64,000 nucleotides of DNA from an uncultured Rhodobacterales bacterium (GTDB lineage Bacteria; Pseudomonadota; Alphaproteobacteria; Rhodobacterales; CAZPXZ01): positions 23,544 through 87,543 of the forward strand of contig CAZPXZ010000004.1 of NCBI GenBank assembly GCA_964590405.1, given 5' to 3'. Under the pieces are notes generated by a model. It did no database searches. It was not told the origin of the DNA and worked only from the letters and a program-made list of their open reading frames with translations. The position numbers were made by a program, and so were the translations under genes. Below, one piece after another: positions 51,642 to 60,990 of the stretch (positions are counted from its first letter, which is position 1; every line of letters begins with the position of its first letter).

Positions 51642-52574
51642 TCAGCGTCCTTCCCGCTCGTCCAGATACATCCGTCGGAGAAAATAGGCGATGTAGAGAA
51701 GCATGATGGCGAAAAGGACGACAGCGATGGCGGCCCCGTAGCCCATCCGGAAGCCATATTCGCTCAATGCCTGTTCATACATGTAGAAGGCGAGCACCCG
51801 GCTCGATCCATAGGGTCCACCGTCGGTCATGATGGAAATCAGGTCGAAGGAGCGGAGTGCGCCGATAACGGTTACCACAACGGCAATGAACGTCGCCGGC
51901 TTCAGTTGCGGAAGGATGACATACCACAACATTCTCCAGCCCCGTGCACCGTCCAGCCGCCCGGCATCCACCTGTTCTGGATCCACGGCATTCAGGCCGG
52001 TCAGGTAGAGGATCATGCAGTAGGCGGTCTGCGGCCAGAGACCTGCCAGGATAATTCCATAGGTCACATATCGTTCATCGGCAAGGACCGCGATGGACGG
52101 AATGCCCAACTGGTTCAGGATGAGGTTCAGAAGTCCGAAGGAAGGATCGTAGAACCACGCGAAGACGAGGCCGACGACCACCTGGCTGATCACGAAGGGA
52201 AAGAAGAAGAGGGACTTGTAGATCCGGATGCCGCGCACATCCTGGTTCAGGAACAGGGCGGCGAACAGGCCGGCCGGGATCGCCAGCAGATAGAGAACGA
52301 GCCAGATGAGATTGTTCTTGAGCGACGTATAAAACGCTTCGTCATCCAGCAATTCGAGATAGTTGCCCAACCCGATGAATTCAGGGTTCGGTGCGATGCC
52401 GTCCCAATCGTAAAGGCTGATGGAGAACGACTCGAAGATTGGACCGATGACGTAGATCAGGAACATCAGTAGTCCGGGCGCCAGAAAGATCCATGGCGCC
52501 ACCACGGTCTGTTTCCAGCGTCGCCGGCGACGCGCATTCTGCGCCGCCGGCCGAAGGATGGCAGTATCGCTCAT
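51642..52574 (-). CDS. carbohydrate ABC transporter permease (CUT1, first permease)
   Basis: 310-aa polytopic protein of the MalF/UgpA-like family, located between the SBP and second permease genes. Confidence 0.85.
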   Translation of the reverse strand: MSDTAILRPAAQNARRRRRWKQTVVAPWIFLAPGLLMFLIYVIGPIFESFSISLYDWDGIAPNPEFIGLGNYLELLDDEAFYTSLKNNLIWLVLYLLAIPAGLFAALFLNQDVRGIRIYKSLFFFPFVISQVVVGLVFAWFYDPSFGLLNLILNQLGIPSIAVLADERYVTYGIILAGLWPQTAYCMILYLTGLNAVDPEQVDAGRLDGARGWRMLWYVILPQLKPATFIAVVVTVIGALRSFDLISIMTDGGPYGSSRVLAFYMYEQALSEYGFRMGYGAAIAVVLFAIMLLYIAYFLRRMYLDEREGR

Positions 52575-52649
52575 CCAGATCTCCGTATACGCGATGCCAT
52601 GCCCGGCATGTCGGAACAGGCCCCCGCGCGGAATACCGATTCACACCGC

Positions 52650-53845
52650 CTAGTATACGCGAGCGCGAACCTTTTCGAGACGCTCCAGGATCTTGTCGAG
52701 GCGGTCCGGCTTGACCATGAATTCCTGGAAGCCCTCCATTCCGGCCTTTGCCATCTCCGCCGGTGCATCGCGGTCAAAGAACTGTGCGATTCCCGTTGCG
52801 TTGGAGAGCATTTCAAAACCGGCGACCAGGAACTGGTCACTCTCGTCAATCGCTGACGCGGAGTTGATGGGGAGTTGCCCAAGCGTCTGGTTGATCTTGG
52901 TCTGGACATCCGCGCGTCCGAGATAGGCGAGGAATTTCCGGGCATCTTCCTTGTTCTTCGCATTGGCCGCGATGTGGATGGTGTCCGTCGGGGCATCCTC
53001 AGCCAGTGCGATACCTTCGGTGATTCGCGGGAACTGGAAGAATCCCAACTGATCGTCGGTAAGTCCAGCCTCCTTCAGCGGCGCGACCGCGAAGTTTCCC
53101 ATGACATACATGGCGGCGTTGCCCTGCACCATGGGTGCAAGTGCCTCCTGCCAGGAGTATGCGGCGTGGTTCTCGATGAAGCATCCGCCATCCAGCAATT
53201 CCTTCCAGTTGGCCATGGTCTGTCGGACGCGGTCATCTGTCCATGCCACCTTGCCATTCGTGAGATCCATATGGAAATCGTATCCGTTCGTTCGAAGGTT
53301 GATGTAGTCGAAGACGCCCGCTGCGGTCCAGAGATACTTCGTGCCGATCGTGATTGGCGATACACCTGCTGCTGTCAGTGTGGCGCAGGCTCCCTTGAAC
53401 TCTTCCCAATTGGTCGGCACGGCAATTCCGTGACTCTCGAAGATGTCCTTTCGGTAGTACACGCCCCACTGATAGTAGGTGTAGGGAACACCCCATTTCT
53501 TTCCATCGATTGTCATGGAACTTGCGGCTGACTTCAGACTCTCGTTGAGACCGTTCTCTTCCCAGACATCATCCACAGGCTCGAACAGGCCGGCGTTGAC
53601 GTAGGGACGCATGCGGTTTCCTGCATACCAGTTGGCGAGGTCAGGCGCGTCCGCAGTCAGGAAATTGCGGATCGAGGTCTTGTATCCCTCGTGGTCAAAG
53701 AGGTTCCACTCAACCTGGATGCTTTGGGAGCGGGATCGGACGTGTCCGTATTGATCACCAGTGTTCGTTGCTGAGCGGAAGCTGAAACTGCGATCAAAGC
53801 GCTGGCGGCGGTCAGGACCAATGTCCGGCGGATGTTGAAGGTCAT
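52650..53845 (-). pseudogene. sugar ABC transporter substrate-binding protein, disrupted (frameshift / internal deletion near 53720)
   Basis: Signal peptide and first strand (MTFNIRRTLVLTAASALIAVSASAQQRTLVINTDTSDPAPK) are in one frame from ATG 53845. The rest of the family-1 SBP (IQVEWNLFDHEGYKTSIRNFL...) is in another frame. The join lies at about 53715-53725. Confidence 0.7.
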
Positions 53846-53866
53846 GGTGAGCCATCCTTCCTGTCT

Positions 53867-53910
53867 ATTGAGTTCTCAATTAGTGAAACTGTATATCACT
53901 TATTGAGAAT
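53867..53910. promoter_or_regulatory. candidate IclR operator in the SBP / iclR divergent promoter
   Basis: AT-rich region with palindrome ATTGAGTTCTCAAT (53867-53880) and a half-site repeat ATTGAGAAT (53902-53910). Function is inferred. Confidence 0.3.
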
Positions 53911-53992
53911 AGTATCCAGTTACGTTATGATTGTCAATCGAGTCGGGGAAACCTGAATCGGAACTGCCGAATTTCGAAGAAGGAGGAAATGC

Positions 53993-54802
53993 GTGGCTAC
54001 GACCCGCACGGAGGGAACTGTCGGCAAGGCACTGGAGGTGCTGGAAACTGTCGCTTCCTTCAACCGACCGGCCCGGTTCTCGGAGATTCTGGAACGATTG
54101 CCCTATCCGAAGGCTACGCTCTATCGGTTGCTCCGTACGCTCCACGACGAGGGAATGCTATCCCATGACCGGGAACGAAGTACCTACTCGATGGGGATAC
54201 GACTGGTGCGGTTTGCCCACGCTGCCTGGGCCCAGGCGTCGATAGCACCTGTGGCCCGTCCGCACCTCGACCGTCTCAGTTCCCGCCTCGGTGAAACCGT
54301 GCATCTCGCGCAATTGGAGGCGGGCCATGTGCTGTACGTCGACAAGCGCAATGCACAGAATCCGATACAGATGTTTTCCGAGGCCGGAAAGATCGGGCCC
54401 GCCTACTGCACGGGCATCGGCAAGGCAATTCTGGCATTTCTGCCACCCGCGGATTTGAGGCAGGCACTCTCGGTGCAGAGCTTTCAGCGGCACACGCCAA
54501 CGACCATTACGTCCGCAGATGCACTGTGCAGAGAACTCCAGTCCATTCGGGAGTCCGGGATCAGCTTTGATCGCGAAGAACACGAACCACGGATCATCTG
54601 CGTTGCAGTCCCGATCCTGAACGAGGCGCAGGTGCCGGTCGCCGGACTTAGCGTAACCTCCTCGACTCTTCGCCATTCCTTGAATGAACTCTCCCAACAT
54701 GCGCCCGACCTGCGGGAAACGGCGAAAGAAATTGCGATACAGTTGCAGCCATGGGCATTCCCTGAGCCGCGGCCGGCGCAGATGGAGGATCAGAAGCCAT
54801 GA
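53993..54802 (+). CDS. IclR family transcriptional regulator
   Basis: 269 aa. HTH region GKALEVLETVASFNRPARFSEILERLPYPKATLYRLLRTL plus an IclR-type effector domain. The GTG start lies 6 nt after AGGAGG. Confidence 0.85.
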   Translation: MATTRTEGTVGKALEVLETVASFNRPARFSEILERLPYPKATLYRLLRTLHDEGMLSHDRERSTYSMGIRLVRFAHAAWAQASIAPVARPHLDRLSSRLGETVHLAQLEAGHVLYVDKRNAQNPIQMFSEAGKIGPAYCTGIGKAILAFLPPADLRQALSVQSFQRHTPTTITSADALCRELQSIRESGISFDREEHEPRIICVAVPILNEAQVPVAGLSVTSSTLRHSLNELSQHAPDLRETAKEIAIQLQPWAFPEPRPAQMEDQKP

Positions 54803-55851
54803 GCGTTATTCTGCAGGATGTCGTCAAGCGGTTCGAAGCGGTGCAAGTCGTACATGGTGTCGATCTCGAGATTGACGAAGGGGAATTCGCGGTGTTTGTT
54901 GGCCCGTCCGGTTGCGGGAAGTCCACTCTTCTACGGATGATTGCGGGGCTCGAAGAAACAACGGAAGGAAGGATCCTGATTGACGGGAATGATGTAACTC
55001 ACCATGACCCCGCCGAGCGTGGCGTGGCTATGGTATTTCAGAACTACGCCCTCTATCCGCACATGACCGTTGCCGAGAACATGGGATTCGGGTTGAAAAT
55101 GAACGGCGTTGCCAAGACGGTGATCGACAGCAAGGTAGCCGAGGCGGCCACGATTCTAAAGCTTGAACCATTCTTGTCACGCAAGCCCAAGGCGCTCTCC
55201 GGAGGACAGCGCCAGCGGGTGGCGATCGGCAGGGCCATCGTTCGTGGACCCAAGGTATTCCTGTTCGACGAGCCGCTTTCCAATCTGGACGCTGAGCTGC
55301 GGGTCGGCATGCGCGTGGAGATCAGTCGGCTCCACGCCGAGATCGGCGCAACCATGATCTATGTGACCCATGATCAGGTCGAGGCAATGACTCTTGCGGA
55401 CAAGATCGTGGTGTTGCGTGACGGCAGGATCGAGCAGGTCGGGGCACCACTGCAACTCTACGACGATCCGGCCAACCGATTCGTGGCAGGCTTCATAGGT
55501 TCGCCCGCTATGAACTTTGTCGAGGGAACTGTGGAGGACGGTCGCGTTCGAGTCCCCGGACTCGGGATGGAGTCTTTACCGGCGACTGCCAGCGTTCCGG
55601 CCGGCGGCACGGTCACCCTTGGTATCCGGCCGGAACACCTGGTGGTGACCGGAGACGGTCAGTTGCGCGTCGATCTGGTCGAGCATCTCGGTGGGGTTTC
55701 CTACGTGTACCTCGATACACCGACCGGCGACCGGATCGTGGCCGAGGCAAAGGACGCTCGGGGCGTTGCGGCCGGAACCACCGTGGCGGTTTCGACGGAA
55801 CACAATCCAGTCTACTTCTTCGATTCCGAGACTGGGGCACGGCTTCGGTAG
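54799..55851 (+). CDS. sugar ABC transporter ATP-binding protein (MalK/UgpC type)
   Basis: 350 aa. GPSGCGKST, LSGGQRQRVAIGRA, LFDEPLSNLD, C-terminal TOBE-like region. ATGA overlap with iclR. Confidence 0.9.
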   Translation: MSVILQDVVKRFEAVQVVHGVDLEIDEGEFAVFVGPSGCGKSTLLRMIAGLEETTEGRILIDGNDVTHHDPAERGVAMVFQNYALYPHMTVAENMGFGLKMNGVAKTVIDSKVAEAATILKLEPFLSRKPKALSGGQRQRVAIGRAIVRGPKVFLFDEPLSNLDAELRVGMRVEISRLHAEIGATMIYVTHDQVEAMTLADKIVVLRDGRIEQVGAPLQLYDDPANRFVAGFIGSPAMNFVEGTVEDGRVRVPGLGMESLPATASVPAGGTVTLGIRPEHLVVTGDGQLRVDLVEHLGGVSYVYLDTPTGDRIVAEAKDARGVAAGTTVAVSTEHNPVYFFDSETGARLR

Positions 55852-55973
55852 AGACCGCGGCGGGAATCTCGGGGACGGCGGGCGAAACTCACTCAGATTC
55901 GGGTTCCCGCCAAGACCTCCACCGCGCGGTGGCTACGGTCCTGCCATCCGAGAAGCCAATGGCGGTACCCGAA

Positions 55974-56351
55974 TCAGAAGAAGCCGAGTTCCATGCGAGC
56001 TTCATCGCTCATGCGGGACATGTCCCAGGGCGGATCCCAGACCAGGCGCACATCTACCGTCTTGACGCCAGGCAGAGGTTCGACTGCCTCGGCGATCATT
56101 CCAGGCATTTCGCCGGCGACCGGGCATCCTGGGGTTGTCAGCGTCATGTCGATTTCGACCTCGCTTTCATCCGAAACCACCACTCGGTAGACAAGTCCGA
56201 GGTCGTAGATATTCACCGGAATTTCCGGATCATAGACCGACCGCATGGCCTCGATGATATCCGGGAAGAGGGGATGATCCGTACTCGACTCGCCGATCAG
56301 GAGATCACCCTCGACCGCACCGCTCGACATGGAAGCATCCATGGTGCCCAC
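55974..56351 (-). CDS. DUF59 / SufT-like Fe-S assembly protein
   Basis: 125 aa. Motifs DPEIPVNIYDLGLVY and TLTTPGCPVAG, typical of the DUF59 family. The N-terminal start among several ATGs is uncertain. Confidence 0.75.
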   Translation of the reverse strand: MGTMDASMSSGAVEGDLLIGESSTDHPLFPDIIEAMRSVYDPEIPVNIYDLGLVYRVVVSDESEVEIDMTLTTPGCPVAGEMPGMIAEAVEPLPGVKTVDVRLVWDPPWDMSRMSDEARMELGFF

Positions 56352-56437
56352 TTTCCCTAATTCCCGGCCATACGTCCACTATAGTCTGGATTTCTGGGGG
56401 CCGCGACCTGGTGCGGCTGCCGGCGAAGGAGAACCGC

Positions 56438-57892
56438 ATGGCCCTGGCGCGTTCCGTCATGATTCAGGGAACGGGATCCAATGTCGGGAAGTCACTGGTG
56501 GTGGCAGGCCTTTGCCGTGCCATTGCCAACAGGGGGCTCCAGGTGGTTCCGTTCAAGCCCCAGAACATGTCCAACAATGCTGCAGTGGTGGAGGGCGGGG
56601 AGATCGGGCGCGCGCAGGCTCTGCAGGCGCTCGCTTGCCGGCAAAGGGCGACAGTGGACATGAACCCGATTCTCCTGAAGCCCGAGGCGGACCGAGGTTC
56701 GCGTGTCGTCGTGCGGGGTCTTGCCAGGGGGCGTATCGAGGCAGGGGAATTCCGCAGTTTGCGGGAACGATACTTGCCGACAGTGTGCGAGAGTTTTGCC
56801 CGGTTGGCATGCACTGGACTGGTGGTCGTTGAAGGTGCCGGGTCCCCGGCCGAAATCAATCTCCGTTCCGGAGATATCGCGAACATGGGATTTGCCGAGG
56901 CCGTTGGCGTGCCGGTCATATTGGTCGGGGATATCGACCGTGGCGGCGTGATCGCGCAGCTGGCCGGTTGTTCGGCGATTCTTCCGCAGGCAGACAAGGA
57001 ACGCATCAGGGGGTTCGTTGTCAACAAGTTTCGTGGTGAGCCGGCTCTCTTCAAGGACGGATACCGTGAAATCGAACACCGCACCGGCTGGGTCGGGCTT
57101 GGCGTGCTGCCTTGGCTGGAGGTAGCCGGTCGATTGCCGGCAGAGGATGCGCTGGATCTTCGTGGTGGAGGGAGCGGAAGCCTTCATATCGCAGTACCTG
57201 CGTTTTCGAGGATTGCGAATTTCGACGACCTTGACCCGCTGCGTCTGGAACCGGGCGTACGGCTGACAATCGTGGAAGCGGGGCAACCGCTGCCCGCAAA
57301 TGCGGACCTGGTGCTGTTGCCGGGAACGAAGTCGACCCTTGGTGAACTCGCCTGGTTCCGGCGGCAGGGATGGGACATCGATCTTGCAGCTCATGTCCGT
57401 CGGGGTGGGCGCGTCATGGGAATATGCGGCGGCTACCAGATGCTCGGCATGCGTGTGGTGGATGCCGAGGGTGTCGATGGAGAACGCGGTGAAGCTCCCG
57501 GACTGGGCTTGCTCCAGGTCGAGACCGTGATGGAGCAGGCCAAGAGCTTGAATCGGGTCGAGGCGATCCACGTTGTTACCGGTACGAACTCTACTGGCTA
57601 CGAGATTCACAGTGGACACACGGCAGGACCGGATCGTGCCCGGCCGGTCTTCCGGGTTGGCGGGAGGGGCGAGGGGGCATCCGCAAGGAATGGACGCGTC
57701 TGCGGTACGTACATTCACGGCTGTTTCGCATCTGATGACTTTCGAAGCGCCTGGCTGAGAAGTCTGGGTGGTGAACCGGGCGGACTGGTGTTCGGTGACA
57801 TGGTGGAGGAAGCCCTTGAGCATCTCGCCGAGGCGATCGAAGCACATCTGAACGTGGATGCCATATTGGATATCGCCTCACCGGCGCAGTAG
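56438..57892 (+). CDS. cobQ: cobyric acid synthase
   Basis: About 484 aa starting MALARSVMIQGTGSNVGKS (AAGGAG 6 nt upstream). C-terminal GATase-like domain (GICGGYQMLG). Confidence 0.9.
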   Translation: MALARSVMIQGTGSNVGKSLVVAGLCRAIANRGLQVVPFKPQNMSNNAAVVEGGEIGRAQALQALACRQRATVDMNPILLKPEADRGSRVVVRGLARGRIEAGEFRSLRERYLPTVCESFARLACTGLVVVEGAGSPAEINLRSGDIANMGFAEAVGVPVILVGDIDRGGVIAQLAGCSAILPQADKERIRGFVVNKFRGEPALFKDGYREIEHRTGWVGLGVLPWLEVAGRLPAEDALDLRGGGSGSLHIAVPAFSRIANFDDLDPLRLEPGVRLTIVEAGQPLPANADLVLLPGTKSTLGELAWFRRQGWDIDLAAHVRRGGRVMGICGGYQMLGMRVVDAEGVDGERGEAPGLGLLQVETVMEQAKSLNRVEAIHVVTGTNSTGYEIHSGHTAGPDRARPVFRVGGRGEGASARNGRVCGTYIHGCFASDDFRSAWLRSLGGEPGGLVFGDMVEEALEHLAEAIEAHLNVDAILDIASPAQ

Positions 57893-58374
57893 CGAAACCG
57901 GGTTCGCCTTCCGATTTCCGATTGGCGAAAATCCAGCTTTCGGAAATAGTGTCTCCGCCTTGGCGCAGGCTCCGGCAGTGGTTGGCTGGCGCGGGTTCGG
58001 AATGTAGCCTCCGGACCTCACGCTGTCAGGCAAGTCATCTTGTTGAGCAGGTGAGATTGGGATCGGTCGAGTTTCCTGGCGATTGCCAGAGCGTGCAAAC
58101 ACAGATTCCAGGGATCCGCATGAGAACCCGAACATCCGGGGTTTGCTTGCGTTTTATACCACGCACGGTTTGGTCATGGGTCAATCGGACAACAGGGAAT
58201 CAGTCCGCCGGTTTCCACGAAGACCAGATGATTCCCCCATGGCCGATACCGGAGTTGGCGACTCGGTATCTGATCCTTGATAAGACGGCTCGAAACATGG
58301 GAACCCGTCACGTTCAAGAAACGCCTCGCGTTCAAATGCGAGATCATTGGGTCAGGAGTGTCCGCATTCGACCT

Positions 58375-58737
58375 TCAAGTCACGGGTTCCCAAAGCTCGA
58401 TCGCATTGCCTTCGGGATCGTGGATACGGGCGAAGCGGCCGATGTTCGCCATCTCGGTTTCTTGGCTGACCTCGATTCCCGCGGACTTCAGTTGTGTGAT
58501 CATCGCGTCCAAATCGGCCACGCGGAAGTTCAGCATGAACGTCTTGTCCGCAGCGAAATAGTCAGTGTCAGAGTCAAAGGGTGAGAAAACAGTGACCCCG
58601 GACTCGGTCGTCCAGGGCACCATTTCCATGTTTGTCGGGGCAGGATTGATACCAAGGTGATCCCGATACCAGTTTGCAAGGCCCTCCGGGTCCTTCGCCC
58701 GAAAGAAGAACCCACCAATTCCCTGAACTTTCTGCAT
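58375..58737 (-). CDS. VOC (glyoxalase/bleomycin-resistance/dioxygenase) family protein
   Basis: About 120 aa from ATG 58737, with SD GGAGGAAG upstream. C-terminal FARIHDPEGNAIELWEP is typical of VOC folds. Confidence 0.75.
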   Translation of the reverse strand: MQKVQGIGGFFFRAKDPEGLANWYRDHLGINPAPTNMEMVPWTTESGVTVFSPFDSDTDYFAADKTFMLNFRVADLDAMITQLKSAGIEVSQETEMANIGRFARIHDPEGNAIELWEPVT

Positions 58738-58928
58738 GCTACTTCCTCCAGTCAGCGCAGAGGCTATCACAGATCCTGGGTACAACGGGAATCCTGAAGG
58801 TCCGGCGCTGCTGGGGAACCAAACAGGTTTTGAGCAGCGCATCCTGGATTGGGGATACCCGGACCTTTCGACAGACTGGACCGGTTCCGCACTCGCGCTT
58901 CACCCAGGCAGCGATGCACGGTCGTGGA

Positions 58929-59790
58929 TCAGTGGACGGCTTCGGTGTCCCGGATGTGGGTGTTGTGTTCCGTGGGATGCCTGGATGTCCCGATTGGGTC
59001 GGGTTCGACCAAAAGCCACCTGTCCGTCCTCGTTGGCGTCAAGTGGCCCATGATCAGACGAGCTGTGCCGTACCTCGCTATCTCTGGAGCCAAGGCTGTC
59101 GCGAAATCGAGTGGCGCGATCTGCTGTGCGGGGCGTGGCATCTTCGTGATCGGGTTGACCCAGATCCCTCGTTGAATGGCAATTTGCTCGTTTGGCGGCG
59201 TGGTGGCAAGGAGCCCAATCTTCGCGTTTTAGCGGGATTGGGCCTCGAAATGTGCTTGACGCGTGGAGGAAGACGTTGAACCGGTGGTCGGCCACCGACG
59301 GATATGGATCTCTTTCACTGACCCTGGTTGAGGTCATCGAAGTAGCTGAATTTCAGGGTAAGCGGTCAACCTTCCGACCGTAGGGTCGGGTGGAGAGAAT
59401 CGCGAAGGCAATCCCCGACGAGGCAGATGGAGAGAGCCAGTGGGAAGATTGTCCCCCCGGGGGACATGGTCAACCACCACGCAGTTCGCCCGGGAAGCGT
59501 GCTCGCAAACGCCGACATCCGGCAAAGCAACCGGCACCTGTCTGCTTTCCCGCATGGACTTGTGGTCAGCGTGAACTCGGCCCTTCCTTCCAGGGGTCTG
59601 GCAGATCGCATACGCACGAGCCGGGCAAGAATCCTGATTGCGCCTCGCGAACTTGCTCGGTTTCTCGCGTCTGCGCCGGACAGGCGGTTCACCGGTTGAG
59701 TTCACGGGTTGAATTCAGCGCGAGCCATGCGCGGTCGACGGTCTGCCGCGGTCAACCGCGCAGAACGGTATGGATTCTCATATCACCAAT
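58929..59790 (-). pseudogene. possible decayed LysR-type regulator (multiple frame breaks)
   Basis: No intact ORF. Minus-strand fragments in three frames weakly resemble, in the correct order, LysR elements. These are ..ARAEFNP*TQPVNRLS.. (HTH-like, ~59701), RLTAYPEIQLL (59337-59372) and ARYGTARLIMGHLTPTRTDRWLLVEPDP (within 58929-59141). By-eye similarity only. Confidence 0.2.
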
Positions 59791-59853
59791 TGCTAAAGGA
59801 CTACGGTGTTCGAAGAAAGCGATCTGTCGTCCGGATGTTGAGGAAACGCTACC

Positions 59854-60990
59854 ATGACAGACATCTCGCAACGCATTGTCGGTTTCGACCTCTGGCAACT
59901 CGCGCTGCCGGTCGTTTCACGTCGCGATCATGGTATCGGGACCGTTCAGGGTGCCTGCGAAGTGGTCGTGCTACGCCTGACCGCCGAGGGTGGGGAGGCG
60001 GGGTTCGGGGAGGCGTCGCCATGGGCGGTCTTCACGGGCTCTCCGGAGGCGGCTTGGGCGGCCCTCGATCGCTACATCAGGCCACATGTCGTCGGACGTT
60101 CATTGACCGATCTGGCCGCCATCATGTTGGATGCCGACCGAGCGGTTGCCCATTGCACCGAGGCCAAGGCGGCCCTTGAGACGGCGCTCCTGGATCTTGT
60201 CGGGCGGATCGCCGGATTGCCGGTTTGGGCGCTCCTGGGAGGACGCTGCCGTGCCGAAATCCCACTGTCCGTATCGTTGGCCAATCCGGAGTTCGAGTCG
60301 GACCGACGGCTTGTTGATCGGCTTGTGGCGGACGGGGTAGGGATCGTGAAGGTGAAGGCCGGTGTGAAGGATCACGCGTTCGACGTTGCGCGGCTTGAAG
60401 CGCTGCGAACACATCATCCCGGACTCGACGTGCGGGTGGACTACAACCAGGGACTCGAACCGGATGAAGCGGAATCCAGGGTGCGTGATATCGCGGAATT
60501 TCGCCCAACCTTCATCGAGCAGCCGGTTCGCGCCCATCACCATGCACTGATGGCCCGTCTTCGGGATTCGATCGATGTGCCGCTCCTGGCAGACGAGAGC
60601 GTTTTCGGACCGGAGGACATGCTACGAGCGGTGGGCGCAGGCATGTGCGACGGCGTCTCCGTGAAGATCATGAAATCCGGTGGTTTGCGTCGAGCGCAAC
60701 AAGTTGCCGCAATCGCTGGAGCGGCGGGCCTGTCCGCCTATGGCGGTGATATGTTCGAAAGTGGGCTCGCGCATCTGGCAGGAATACATGTGATTGCCGC
60801 CTCGCCGGAGATCACCCTGGGCTGCGAGTTCTATCAGGCGCGGTACTATCTGGAGGCCGACATCTTGGCAGAGCCATTTCCCGTCGTGGGAGGAAAGGTG
60901 CTGGTGCCCTCGGGTCCCGGGTTGGGAATCCGACCGGATATCGGAAAGCTCAAGCATCATGCCGTGCGCAGCACCGATGTAATGACATGA
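59854..60990 (+). CDS. enolase-superfamily enzyme (mandelate racemase / muconate lactonizing enzyme family)
   Basis: 378 aa. Capping domain followed by a barrel with KVKAG, VRVDYNQ, IEQP and LADES-type metal/base motifs in MR/MLE order. Confidence 0.85.
   Translation: MTDISQRIVGFDLWQLALPVVSRRDHGIGTVQGACEVVVLRLTAEGGEAGFGEASPWAVFTGSPEAAWAALDRYIRPHVVGRSLTDLAAIMLDADRAVAHCTEAKAALETALLDLVGRIAGLPVWALLGGRCRAEIPLSVSLANPEFESDRRLVDRLVADGVGIVKVKAGVKDHAFDVARLEALRTHHPGLDVRVDYNQGLEPDEAESRVRDIAEFRPTFIEQPVRAHHHALMARLRDSIDVPLLADESVFGPEDMLRAVGAGMCDGVSVKIMKSGGLRRAQQVAAIAGAAGLSAYGGDMFESGLAHLAGIHVIAASPEITLGCEFYQARYYLEADILAEPFPVVGGKVLVPSGPGLGIRPDIGKLKHHAVRSTDVMT

Noticed and set aside
52575-52649. CATGCC-C-GGCATG palindrome between the sugar SBP and the first permease, considered as a third SBP-distal hairpin.
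   Set aside because: The loop is too small for a stable hairpin and the stem is short. It is not comparable to the 9-11 bp stems at 32149 and 63297.
56352-56437. Possible cobalamin riboswitch upstream of cobQ.
   Set aside because: Only 86 nt are available. I could not find the B12-box or the conserved core elements. Only a short GCCGC...GCGGC hairpin is present.
58929-59141. Tyrosine-recombinase-like C-terminal fragment (..LDFATAL...ARLIMGH..).
   Set aside because: The catalytic R/H/Y positions are not present. The same peptide fits a LysR effector-domain C-terminus at least as well. No att-like repeats or tRNA are nearby.
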